A DNA stretch of 64,000 nt from Eledone cirrhosa (taxonomy: Eukaryota), in assembly GCA_964016885.1 (NCBI GenBank), contig CAXHJY010000001.1:62001-126000 (forward strand), given 5' to 3'. The notes beneath the pieces were generated by a model. That model ran no database searches. It worked only from the letters and a program-made list of their open reading frames with translations, and was not told where the DNA came from. The translations under genes were made by a program, and so were the position numbers. Below, piece after piece: positions 31,801-47,500 of this stretch. Position 1 is the first letter of the stretch; each line of letters begins with the position of its first letter.

Positions 31801-34800
31801 CTCGGTACCACTGAACAACCACTTGATACCACTGAACAACCAATAGATACCATTGAACACCCACTAGATATCACTGAACACCCAATAGATATCACTGAAC
31901 ACCCACTAGATACAACTGAACAACCACTAGATACCACTGAACAACCACTAGATATCACTGATCAACCACAGATACCACTGAACAACCACTGGATATCACT
32001 GAACAACCACAGATACCACTGAACAACCACAGATACCACTAAACAACCACTAGATATCACTAAACAACCACCTGATACCACTAAACAACCACTAGATACC
32101 ACTGAACAGCCACTAGATACCACTGAACAGCCACTAGATACCACTGAACGGCCACTAGATACCAATGAACGGCCACTAGATACCACTGAACGACCACTAG
32201 ATACCACTGAACGACGACTAGATACCAATGAACGACCACTAGATACCACTGAACCACCACTAGATACCACTGAACCACCACTAGATACCAGTGAACAACC
32301 ACAATATACCACTGAACAACCACTAGATACCACTGAACAACCACTAGATACCACTGAACAACCACTAGATACCACTGAACAACCACTAGATACCACTAAA
32401 CAACCACTAGATGCCACTAAACAACCACTAGATACCACTAAACAGCCACTAGATACCACTAAACAACCACTAGATACCACTAAACAACCACTAGATACCA
32501 CTAAACAACCACTAGATACCACTAAATAACCAATAGATACAACTGAACAACCAATAGATACAACTGAACAACCAATAGATACAACTGAACAACCAATAGA
32601 TACCACTGAACAACCAATAGATACCACTGAACAACCACGTGATACCACTGAACTACCACTAGATACTAACACTAAAGTACCACTAGATACCACTGAACAA
32701 CTAGATACCACTAAACAACCACTAGAAACCACTGAACAACCAGTAGATACAACTGAACAACCACTATAAACCACTAAACAACCACTATATACCACTAATC
32801 GACCTCTAGATAGCACTGAACAACCACAAGATACCACTAAACAACCACTAGATACCACTAAACAACCACTAGGTACCACTGAACAACCACTAGGTACCAC
32901 TGAACTACCACTAGATACTAACACTAAAGTACCACTAGATACCACTGAACAACTAGATACTATGACTAAACAACCACTAGATACCATTAAACAACCACTA
33001 TATACCGCTGAACAACCACTAGGTATCTCTGAACAACCACTAGATACCGCTGAAGAACCACTCGGTACCACTGAACAACCACTTGATACCACTGTACAAC
33101 CAATAGATACCACTGAACAACCACTAGATACCACTGAACAACCACTAGATATCACTAAACAACCACTAGATATCACTGAGCAACCACTAGATATCACTGA
33201 ACAACCACTAGATAAAACTGAACAACCACTAGATACCACTGAACAACCACTAGATACCACTGAACAACCACTTGATATCACTGATCAACCACAGATACCA
33301 CTGAACAACCACTAGATATCACTGAACAACCACAGATACCACTGAACAACCAGTAAATATCACTAAACAACCACTAGATACCACTAAAAAACCACCTGAT
33401 ACCACTGATCTACCACTAGGTTTCTCTGAACAACCACCAGATACCGCTGAAGAACCACTCGGTACCACTGAACAACCACTTGATACCACTGTACAACCAC
33501 TAGATACCATTGAACACCCACTACATACCACTATACAACCACTAGATACCACTGATCAACCACATATACCACTGAACAACCACTAGATATCACTGAACAA
33601 CCACAGATACCACTGAACAACCACTAGATATCACTAAACAACCACTAGATACCACTAAACAACCACTAGATACCACTGAACTACCACCTGATACCACTGA
33701 ACGACCACTAGATACCACTGAACGACCACTAGATACCACTGAACGACCACTAGATACCACTGAACGACCGCTAGATACCACTGAACCACCACTGGATACC
33801 ACTGAACCACCACTAGATACCAGTGAACAACCACAATATACCACTGAACAACCGCTAGATACCACTGAACAACCACTAGATACCACTAAACAACCACTAG
33901 GTACCACTAAACAACCACTAGATACCACTAAATAACCACTAGATACAACTGAACAACCAATAGATACAACTGAACAACCAATAGATACCACTGAACAACC
34001 ACTAGATACCACTGAACTACCACTAGATACTAACACTAAATTACCACTAGATACTAACACTAAAGTACCACTACATACCACTGAACAACTAGATACCACT
34101 AAACAACCACTAGAAACCACTGAACAACGAGTAGATACAACTGAACAACCACTATATACCACTAAACAACCACTATATACCACTAAACGACCACTAGATA
34201 CCACTGGACAACCACTAGATTCCACTAAGCTACCACTGGATACCACAGACAACCACTAGATGCCACTAAACAACCACTATGTACCACTGAACAACCACTA
34301 GATACCGCTGAAAAACCACTCGGTACCACTGAACAACCACTTGATACCACTGAACAACCAATAGATACCATTGAACACCCACTAGATACAACTGAACAAC
34401 CACTTGATACCACCGAACAACCACTAAATACCACTATACAACCACTAGATACCACTGAACAACCACTAGATACCACTGAACAACCACTAGATACCACTGA
34501 ACAACGACTAGATATCACTAAACAACCACAAGATATCACTGAGCAACCACTAGATATGACTGAACGACCACTAGATACAACTGAACAACCACTAGATACC
34601 ACTAAACAAACACTAGATACCACTAAACAACCACTAGATACCACTACACATCCACTAGATACCACTAAACATCCACTAGATACCACTAAACAACCACTAG
34701 ATACCACTGAACAACCACTAGATACAACTGAACAACCAATAGATACCACTGAACAACCACTAGATACAACTGAACAACCACTATATACTACCACTAAACA

Positions 34801-36238
34801 ACCACTAGATACTACCACTAAACAACCACTAGATACCACTAAACCACCACTAGATACCACTAAACAAACACTAGATACCATTGAACACCCACAAGATACC
34901 ACTAAACACCCACTAGATACCACTGAACAACCACTAGATACCACTGGACAACCACTAGATACAACTGAACAACCACTAGATACAACTGAACAACCACTAG
35001 ATACCACTGAACAACCACTAGATACCACTGAACAACCACTAGATACCACTGAACAGCCACTAGCTACCACTGAACAACCACTAGGTACCACTGAACAACC
35101 ACCTGATACCACTGAACTACCACTAGATACTAACACTAAAGTACCACTAGATACCACTGAACAACTAGATACCACTAAACAACCACTAGAAACAACGGAA
35201 AAACCAGTAGATACAACTGAACAACCACTATATACCACTAAACGATCACTATATACCACTAAACAACCACTAGATACCATTGGACAAACACTAGAGACCA
35301 CTAAACTACCACTAGATACCACTGGACTACCACTAGATGCCACTAAACTACGACTAGATACCACTGGACAAACACTAGATTCCACTAAGCTACCACTGGA
35401 TACCACTAAACTACCACTAAATACCACGGACAACCACTAGATGCCACTAAACAACCACTATGTACCAATGGACAACCACTAGATACTACCACTAAACCAC
35501 GACTAGATACCACTGAACAACCACAAGATACCACTAAACAAACACTTGATACCACTAAACAACCACTAGATACCACTAAACAACCACAAGATACCACTAA
35601 ACAACCACTAGATACCAATAAACAACCACTAGATACCACTAAACAAAAACTAGATACTATGACTAAACAACCACTAGATACCACTAAACAACCACTATAC
35701 ACCGCTGAACAACCACTAGGTTTCTCTGAACAACCACTAGATACCACTGAACAACCACTAGATACCACGGAACAACCACTAGATATCACTGATCAACCAC
35801 AGATACCACTGAACAACCACTAGATATCACTGAACAACCACAGATACCACTGAACAACCACTAGATACCACTAAACAACCACCTGATACGACTGAACTAC
35901 CACTAGATACCACTGAACGACCACTAGATACCACTGAACGACGACTAGATACCACTGAACGACCGCTAGATACCACTGAACCACCACTAGATACCACTGA
36001 ACCACCACTAGATACCACTGAACCACCACTAGATACCAGTGAACAACCACTAGATACCACTGAACAACCACTAGATACCACTGAACAACCACTAGATACC
36101 ACTAAACAACCACTAGGTACCACTAAACAACCACTAGATACCACTAAACAACCACTAGATTCAACTGAACAACCAATAGATTCAACTGAACAACCAATAG
36201 ATACCACTGAACAACCACTAGGTACCACTGAACAACCA
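28811..36238. repeat. About 7.4-kb block duplicated at about 40461-48138 (offset 11.65-11.9 kb) and largely again at about 49300-55750
   Basis: ORF pairs 30188/41898, 30936/42646 and 31498/43208 (offset 11710), 32962/44756 and 33319/45113 (11794), 34225/46040 (11815), 35406/47242 (11836). Confidence 0.85.
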
Positions 36239-39200
36239 CGAGATACCACTGAACAACCACTAGATACAACTGAACAACCACTAGATACCACTGGACAACC
36301 ACTAGATACGACTGAACAACCACAAGATACCACTAAACAACCACAAGATACCACTAAACAACCACTAGATACCACTGAACAACCACTAGATACCACTGGA
36401 CAACCACTAGATACAGCTGAACAACCACTAGATAGCACTGAACAACCACTAGATACCACTGAACAACCACTAGATACCACTGAACAGCCACTAGCTACCA
36501 CTGAACAACCACTAGGTACCACTGAACAACCACCTGATACCACTGAACTACCACTAGGTACTAACACTAAAGTACCACTAGATACCACTGAACAACTAGA
36601 TACCACTAGACAACCACTAGAAACAACGGAAAAACCAGTAGATACAACTGAACAACCACTATATACCACTAAACAATCACTATATACCACTAAACAACCA
36701 CTAGATACCATTGGACAACCATTAGAGACCACTAAACTACCACTAGATACCACTGGACTACCACTAGATGCCACTAAACTACCACTAGATACCACTGGAC
36801 AAACACTAGATTCCACTGAGCTACCACTGGATACCACTAAATACCATGGACAACCACTAGATGCCACTAAACAACCACTATGTACCAATGGACAACCACT
36901 AGATACTACCACTAAACCACGACTAGATACCACTGAACAACCACAAGATACCACTAAACAAACACTTGATACCACTAAACAAACACTTGATACCACTAAA
37001 CAACCACTAGATACCACTAAACAACCACAAGATACCACTAAACAACCACTAGATACCAATAAACAACCACTAGATACCACTGAACAACGACTAGATACCA
37101 CTAAACAAAAACTAGATACTATGAGTAAACAACCACTAGATACCACTAAACAACCACTATATACCGCTGAACAACCACTAGATACCGCTGAAGAACCACT
37201 CGGTACCGCTGAAGAACCACTCGGTACCACTGAACAACCACTATATACTACCACTAAACAACCACTAGATACTACCACTAAACAACCACTAGATACCACT
37301 AAACCACCACTAGATACCACTAAACAAACACTAGATACCATTGAACACCCACAAGATACCACTAAACACCCACTAGATACCACTGAACAACCACTAGATA
37401 CCACTGGACAACCACTAGATACAACTGAACAACCACTAGATACAACTGAACAACCACTAGATACCACTGAACAACCACTAGATACCACTGAACAACCACT
37501 AGATACCACTGAACAGCCACTAGCTACCACTGAACAACCACTAGGTACCACTGAACAACCACCTGATACCACTGAACTACCACTAGATACTAACACTAAA
37601 GTACCACTAGATACCACTGAACAACTAGATACCACTAAACAACCACTAGAAACAACGGAAAAACCAGTAGATACAACTGAACAACCACTATATACCACTA
37701 AACGATCACTATATACCACTAAACAACCACTAGATACCATTGGACAAACACTAGAGACCACTAAACTACCACTAGATACCACTGGACTACCACTAGATGC
37801 CACTAAACTACGACTAGATACCACTGGACAAACACTAGATTCCACTAAGCTACCACTGGATACCACTAAACTACCACTAAATACCACGGACAACCACTAG
37901 ATGCCACTAAACAACCACTATGTACCAATGGACAACCACTAGATACTACCACTAAACCACGACTAGATACCACTGAACAACCACAAGATACCACTAAACA
38001 AACACTTGATACCACTAAACAACCACTAGATACCACTAAACAACCACAAGATACCACTAAACAACCACTAGATACCAATAAACAACCACTAGATACCACT
38101 AAACAAAAACTAGATACTATGACTAAACAACCACTAGATACCACTAAACAACCACTATACACCGCTGAACAACCACTAGGTTTCTCTGAACAACCACTAG
38201 ATACCACTGAACAACCACTAGATACCACGGAACAACCACTAGATATCACTGATCAACCACAGATACCACTGAACAACCACTAGATATCACTGAACAACCA
38301 CAGATACCACTGAACAACCACTAGATATCACTAAACAACCACTAGATACCACTAAACAACCACCTGATACGACTGAACTACCACTAGATACCACTGAACA
38401 GCCACTAGATACCACTGAACGACCACTAGATACCACTGAACGACGACTAGATACCACTGAACGACCGCTAGATACCACTGAACCACCACTAGATACCACT
38501 GAACCACCACTAGATACCACTGAACCACCACTAGATACCAGTGAACAACCACTAGATACCACTGAACAACCACTAGATACCACTGAACAACCACTAGATA
38601 CCACTAAACAACCACTAGGTACCACTAAACAACCACTAGGTACCACTAAACAACCACTAGATACCACTAAACAACCACTAGATTCAACTGAACAACCAAT
38701 AGATTCAACTGAACAACCAATAGATACCACTGAACAACCACTAGGTACCACTGAACAACCACGAGATACCACTGAACAACCACTAGATACAACTGAACAA
38801 CCACTAGATACCACTGGACAACCACTAGATACGACTGAACAACCACAAGATACCACTAAACAACCACAAGATACCACTAAACAACCACTAGATACCACTG
38901 AACAACCACTAGATACCACTGGACAACCACTAGATACAGCTGAACAACCACTAGATAGCACTGAACAACCACTAGATACCACTGAACAACCACTAGATAC
39001 CACTGAACAGCCACTAGCTACCACTGAACAACCACTAGGTACCACTGAACAACCACCTGATACCACTGAACTACCACTAGGTACTAACACTAAAGTACCA
39101 CTAGATACCACTGAACAACTAGATACCACTAGACAACCACTAGAAACAACGGAAAAACCAGTAGATACAACTGAACAACCACTATATACCACTAAACAAT

Positions 39201-39760
39201 CACTATATACCACTAAACAACCACTAGATACCATTGGACAACCATTAGAGACCACTAAACTACCACTAGATACCACTGGACTACCACTAGATGCCACTAA
39301 ACTACCACTAGATACCACTGGACAAACACTAGATTCCACTGAGCTACCACTGGATACCACTAAATACCATGGACAACCACTAGATGCCACTAAACAACCA
39401 CTATGTACCAATGGACAACCACTAGATACTACCACTAAACCACGACTAGATACCACTGAACAACCACAAGATACCACTAAACAAACACTTGATACCACTA
39501 AACAAACACTTGATACCACTAAACAACCACTAGATACCACTAAACAACCACAAGATACCACTAAACAACCACTAGATACCAATAAACAACCACTAGATAC
39601 CACTGAACAACGACTAGATACCACTAAACAAAAACTAGATACTATGAGTAAACAACCACTAGATACCACTAAACAACCACTATATACCGCTGAACAACCA
39701 CTAGATACCGCTGAAGAACCACTCGGTACCGCTGAAGAACCACTCGGTACCACTGAACAA
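34770..39760. repeat. Higher-order tandem duplication, period 2460-2523 bp (about 34770-37240 and 37230-39760)
   Basis: Lines 34801-35820 match lines 37261-38280 at offset 2460. ORF pairs 35406/37866 and 35827/38287 (2460) and 37121/39644 (2523). The private variant GATACTATGAGT occurs only at about 37115 and 39638. Confidence 0.9.
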
Positions 39761-41508
39761 CCACTTGATACCACTGTACAACCACTAGATACCATTGAAC
39801 ACCCACTACATACCACTATACAACCACTAGATACCACTGAACAACCACTAGATATCGCTAAACAACCACTAGATATCACTGAACACCCACTAGATATCAC
39901 TGAACAACCACTAGATACAACTGAACAACCACTAGATACAACTGAACAACCACTAGATACCACTGAACAACCACTAGATACCACGGAACAACCACTAGAT
40001 ATCACTGATCAACCACAGATACCACTGAACAACCACTAGATATCACTGAACAACCACAGATACCACTAAACAACCACTAGATATCACTAAACAACCACCT
40101 GATACCACTAAACAACCACCTGATACCACTGAACAGCCACTAGATACCACTGAACAGCCACTAGATACCACTGAACGACCACTAGATACCACTGAACGAC
40201 CACTAGATACCACTGAACGACCACTAGATACCACTGAACGACGACTAGATACCACTGAACGACCACTAGATACCACTGAACCACCACTAGATACCACTGC
40301 ACAACCACTAGATACCACTAAACACCCACTAGGTACCACTAAACAACCACTAGATACCACTAAATAACCACTAGATACAACTGAACAACCAATAGATTCA
40401 ACTGAACAACCAATAGATACCACTGAACAACCACTAGGTACCACTGAACAACCACCTGATACCACTGAACTACCACTAGATACTAACACTAAATTACCAC
40501 TAGATACTAACACTAAAGTACCACTAGATACCACTGAACAACTAGATACCACTGAACAACTAGATACCACTAAACAACCACTAGAAACCACTGAACAACG
40601 AGTAGATACAACTGAACAACCACTATATACCACTAAACAACCACTATATACCACTAAACGACCACTAGATACCATTGGACAACCACTAGATACGACTAAA
40701 CTACCACTGGATACCACTGGACAACCACTAGATTCCACTAAGCTACCACTGGATACCACAGACAACCACTAGATGCCACTAAACAACCACTATGTACCAC
40801 TGGACAACCACTAGATACCGCTGAAAAACCACTCGGTACCACTGAACAACCACTTGATACCACTGAACAACCAATAGATACCATTGAACACCCACTAGAT
40901 ACCACTGAACAACCACTTGATACCACCGAACAACCACTAAATACCACTATACAACCACTAGATACCACTAAACAAACACTAGATACCACTAAACAACCAC
41001 TAGATACCACTAAACATCCACTAGATACCACTAAACATCCACTAGATACCACTAAACATCCACTAGATACCACTAAACAACCACTAGATACCACTGGACA
41101 ACCAATAGATACCACTGAACAACCAATAGATACCACTGAACAACCAATAGATACCACTGAACAACCACTAGATACAACTGAACAACCAATAGATACCACT
41201 GAACAACCACTAGATACAACTGAACAACCACTATATACTACCACTAAACAACCACTAGATACTACCACTAAACAACCACTAGATACCACTAAACAACCAC
41301 TAGATACCACTAAACAAACACTAGATACCACTGGACAACCACTAGATACCATTGAACACCCACAAGATACCACTAAACAACCACTAGATACCACTGAACA
41401 ACCACTAGATACCACTGGACAACCACTAGATACAACTGAACAACCACTAGATACCACTGAACAACCACTAGATACCACTGAACAACCACTAGATACCACT
41501 GAACAGCC

Positions 41509-44500
41509 ACTAGCTACCACTGAACAACCACTAGGTACCACTGAACAACCACCTGATACCACTGAACTACCACTAGATACTAACACTAAAGTACCACTAG
41601 ATACCACTGAACAACTAGATACCACTAAACAACCACTAGAAACAACGGAAAAACCAGTAGATACAACTGAACAACCACTATATACCACTAAACGATCACT
41701 ATATACCACTAGACAACCACTAGATACCATTGGACAACCACTAGAGACCACTAAACTACCACTAGATACCATTGGACAACCACTAGAGACCACTAAACTA
41801 CCACTAGATACCACTGGACTACCACTAGATGCCACTAAACTACCACTAGATACCACTGGACTACCACTAGATTCCACTAAGCTACCACTGGATACCACTA
41901 AACTACCACTAAATACCACGGACAACCACTAGATGCCACTAAACAACCACTATGTACCAATGGACAACCACTAGATACTACCACTAAACCACGACTAGAT
42001 ACCACTGAACAACCACAAGATACCACTAAACAAACACTTGATACCACTAAACAACCACTAGATACCACTAAACAACCACAAGATACCACTAAACAACCAC
42101 TAGATACCAATAAACAACCACTAGATACCACTGAACAACAACTAGATACCACTAAACAAAAACTAGATACTATGACTAAACAACCACTAGATACCACTAA
42201 ACAACCTCTATACACCGCTGAACAACCACTAGGTTTCTCTGAACAACCACTAGATACCGCTGAAGAACCACGCGGTACCGCTGAAGAACCACTCGGTACC
42301 ACTGAACAACCACTTGATACCACTGTACAACCACTAGATACCATTGAACACCCACTAGATACCATTGAACACCCACTAGATACCACTGTACAACCACTTG
42401 ATACCACTGTACAACCACTAGATACCACTGAACAACCACTATACAACCACTAGATATCACTAAACAACCACTAGATATCACTAAACAACCACTAGATATC
42501 ACTGAACACCCACTAGATATCACTGAACAACCACTAGATACAACTGAACAACCACTAGATACAACTGAACAACCACTAGATACAACTGAACAACGACTAG
42601 ATACCACTGAACAACCACTAGATACCACGGAACAACCACTAGATATCACTGATCAACCACAGATACCACTGAACAACCACTAGATATCACTAAACAACCA
42701 CTAGATACCACTAAACAACCACCTGATACGACTGAACTACCACTAGATACCACTGAACAGCCACTAGATACCACTGAACGACCACTAGATACCACTGAAC
42801 GACCACTAGATACCACTGAACGACCACTAGATACCACTGAACGACGACTAGATACCACTGAACGACCGCTAGATACCACTGAACCACCACTAGATACCAC
42901 TGAACCACCACTAGATACCAGTGAACAACCACAATATACCACTGAACAACCACTAGATACCACTGAACAACCACTAGATACCACTAAACAACCACTAGGT
43001 ACCACTAAACAACCACTAGATAGCACTAAATAACCACTAGATACAACTGAACAACCAATAGATTCAACTGAACAACCAATAGATACCACTGAACAACCAC
43101 TAGGTACCACTGAACAACCACCTGATACCACTGAACTACCACTAGATACTAACACTAAATTACCACTAGATACTAACACTAAAGTACCACTAGATACCAC
43201 TGAACAACTAGATACCACTAGAAACCACTGAACAACGAGTAGATACAACTGAACAACCACTATATACCACTAAACAACCACTATATACCACTAAACAACC
43301 ACTATATACCACTAAACAACCACTATATACCACTAAACGACCACTAGATACCATTGGACAACCACTAGATATGACTAAACTACCACTGGATACCACTGGA
43401 CAACCACTAGATTCCACTAAGCTACCACTGGATACCACAGACAACCACTAGATGCCACTAAACAACCACTATGTACCACTGGACAACCACTAGATACCGC
43501 TGAAAAACCACTCGGTACCACTGAACAACCACTTGATACCACTGAACAACCAATAGATACCATTGAACACCCACTAGATACCACTGAACAACCACTAGAT
43601 ATCGCTAAATAACCACTAGATATCACTGAACACCCAATAGATATCACTGAACACCCAATAGATATCACTAAACAACCACTAGATACAACTGAACAACCAC
43701 TAGATACCACTGAACAACCACTAGATATCACTGATCAACCACAGATACCACTGAACAACCACTAGATATCACTGAACAACCACAGATACCACTGAACAAC
43801 CACAGATACCACTAAACAACCACTAGATATCACTAAACAACCACCTGATACCACTAAACAACCACTAGATACCACTGAACAGCCACTAGATACCACTGAA
43901 CAGCCACTAGATACCACTGAACGGCCACTAGATACCACTGAACGGCCACTAGATACCACTGAACGACCACTAGATACCATTGAACGACGACTAGATACCA
44001 CTGAACGACCACTAGATACCACTGAACCACCACTAGATACCACTGAACCACCACTAGATACCAGTGAACAACCACAATATACCACTGAACAACCACTAGA
44101 TACCACTGAACAACCACTAGATACCACTGAACAACCACTAGGTACCACTGAACAACCACTAGATACCACTAAACAACCACTAGATGCCACTAAACAACCA
44201 CTAGATACCACTAAACAACCACTAGATACCACTAAACAACCACTAGATACCACTAAACAACCACTAGATACCACTAAACAACCACTAGATACCACTAAAT
44301 AACCAATAGATACAACTGAACAACCAATAGATACAACTGAACAACCAATAGATACAACTGAACAACCAATAGATACCACTGAACAACCAATAGATACCAC
44401 TGAACAACCAATAGATACCACTGAACAACCACGTGATACCACTGAACTACCACTAGATACTAACACTAAAGTACCACTAGATACCACTGAACAACTAGAT

Positions 44501-47500
44501 ACCACTAAACAACCACTAGAAACCACTGAACAACCAGTAGATACAACTGAACAACCACTATAAACCACTAAACAACCACTATATACCACTAATCGACCTC
44601 TAGATAGCACTGAACAACCACAAGATACCACTAAACAACCACTAGATACCACTAAGCAACCACTAGGTACCACTGAACAACCACTAGGTACCACTGAACT
44701 ACCACTAGATACTAACACTAAAGTACCACTAGATACCACTGAACAACTAGATACTATGACTAAACAACCACTAGATACCATTAAACAACCACTATATACC
44801 GCTGAACAACCACTAGGTATCTCTGAACAACCACTAGATACCGCTGAAGAACCACTCGGTACCACTGAACAACCACTTGATACCACTGTACAACCAATAG
44901 ATACCACTGAACAACCACTAGATACCACTGAACAACCACTAGATATCACTAAACAACCACTAGATATCACTGAGCAACCACTAGATATCACTGAACAACC
45001 ACTAGATAAAACTGAACAACCACTAGATACCACTGAACAACCACTAGATACCACTGAACAACCACTTGATATCACTGATCAACCACAGATACCACTGAAC
45101 AACCACTAGATATCACTGAACAACCACAGATACCACTGAACAACCAGTAAATATCACTAAACAACCACTAGATACCACTAAAAAACCACCTGATACCACT
45201 GATCTACCACTAGGTTTCTCTGAACAACCACCAGATACCGCTGAAGAACCACTCGGTACCACTGAACAACCACTTGATACCACTGTACAACCACTAGATA
45301 CCATTGAACACCCACTACATACCACTATACAACCACTAGATACCACTGATCAACCACATATACCACTGAACAACCACTAGATATCACTGAACAACCACAG
45401 ATACCACTGAACAACCACTAGATATCACTAAACAACCACTAGATACCACTAAACAACCACCTGATACGACTGAACTACCACTAGATACCACTGAACAGCC
45501 ACTAGATACCACTGAACGACCACTAGATACCACTGAACGACCACTAGATACCACTGAACGACCACTAGATACCACTGAACGACCGCTAGATACCACTGAA
45601 CCACCACTGGATACCACTGAACCACCACTAGATACCAGTGAACAACCACAATATACCACTGAACAACCACTAGATACCACTGAACAACCACTAGATACCA
45701 CTAAACAACCACTAGGTACCACTAAACAACCACTAGATACCACTAAATAACCACTAGATACAACTGAACAACCAATAGATACAACTGAACAACCAATAGA
45801 TACCACTGAACAACCACTAGATACCACTGAACTACCACTAGATACTAACACTAAATTACCACTAGATACTAACACTAAAGTACCACTACATACCACTGAA
45901 CAACTAGATACCACTAAACAACCACTAGAAACCACTGAACAACGAGTAGATACAACTGAACAACCACTATATACCACTAAACAACCACTATATACCACTA
46001 AACGACCACTAGATACCACTGGACAACCACTAGATTCCACTAAGCTACCACTGGATACCACAGACAACCACTAGATGCCACTAAACAACCACTATGTACC
46101 ACTGAACAACCACTAGATACCGCTGAAAAACCACTCGGTACCACTGAACAACCACTTGATACCACTGAACAACCAATAGATACCATTGAACACCCACTAG
46201 ATACAACTGAACAACCACTTGATACCACCGAACAACCACTAAATACCACTGTACAACCACTAGATACCACTGAACAACCACTAGATACCACTGAACAACC
46301 ACTAGATACCACTGAACAACGACTAGATATCACTAAACAACCACAAGATATCACTGAGCAACCACTAGATATGACTGAACGACCACTAGATACAACTGAA
46401 CAACCACTAGATACCACTAAACAAACACTAGATACCACTAAACAACCACTAGATACCACTACACATCCACTAGATACCACTAAACATCCACTAGATACCA
46501 CTAAACAACCACTAGATACCACTGGACAGCCAATAGATACCACTGAACAACCAATAGATACCACTGAACAACCACTAGATACAACTGAACAACCAATAGA
46601 TACCACTGAACAACCACTAGATACATCTGAACAACCACTATATACTACCACTAAACAACCACTAGATACTACCACTAAACAACCACTAGATACCACTAAA
46701 CCACCACTAGATACCACTAAACAAACACTAGATACCATTGAACACCCACAAGATACCACTAAACACCCACTAGATACCACTGAACAACCACTAGATACCA
46801 CTGGACAACCACTAGATACAACTGAACAACCACTAGATACCACTGAACAACCACTAGATACCACTGAACAACCACTAGATACCACTGAACAGCCACTAGC
46901 TACCACTGAACAACCACTAGGTACCACTGAACAACCACCTGATACCACTGAACTACCACTAGATACTAACACTAAAGTACCACTAGATACCACTGAACAA
47001 CTAGATACCACTAAACAACCACTAGAAACAACGGAAAAACCAGTAGATACAACTGAACAACCACTATATACCACTAAACGATCACTATATACCACTAAAC
47101 AACCACTAGATACCATTGGACAAACACTAGAGACCACTAAACTACCACTAGATACCACTGGACTACCACTAGATGCCACTAAACTACGACTAGATACCAC
47201 TGGACAAACACTAGATTCCACTAAGCTACCACTGGATACCACTAAACTACCACTAAATACCACGGACAACCACTATGTACCAATGGACAACCACTAGATA
47301 CTACCACTAAACCACGACTAGATACCACTGAACAACCACAAGATACCACTAAACAAACACTTGATACCACTAAACAACCACTAGATACCACTAAACAACC
47401 ACAAGATACCACTAAACAACCACTAGATACCAATAAACAACCACTAGATACCACTAAACAAAAACTAGATACCACTAAACAAAAACTAGATACTATGACT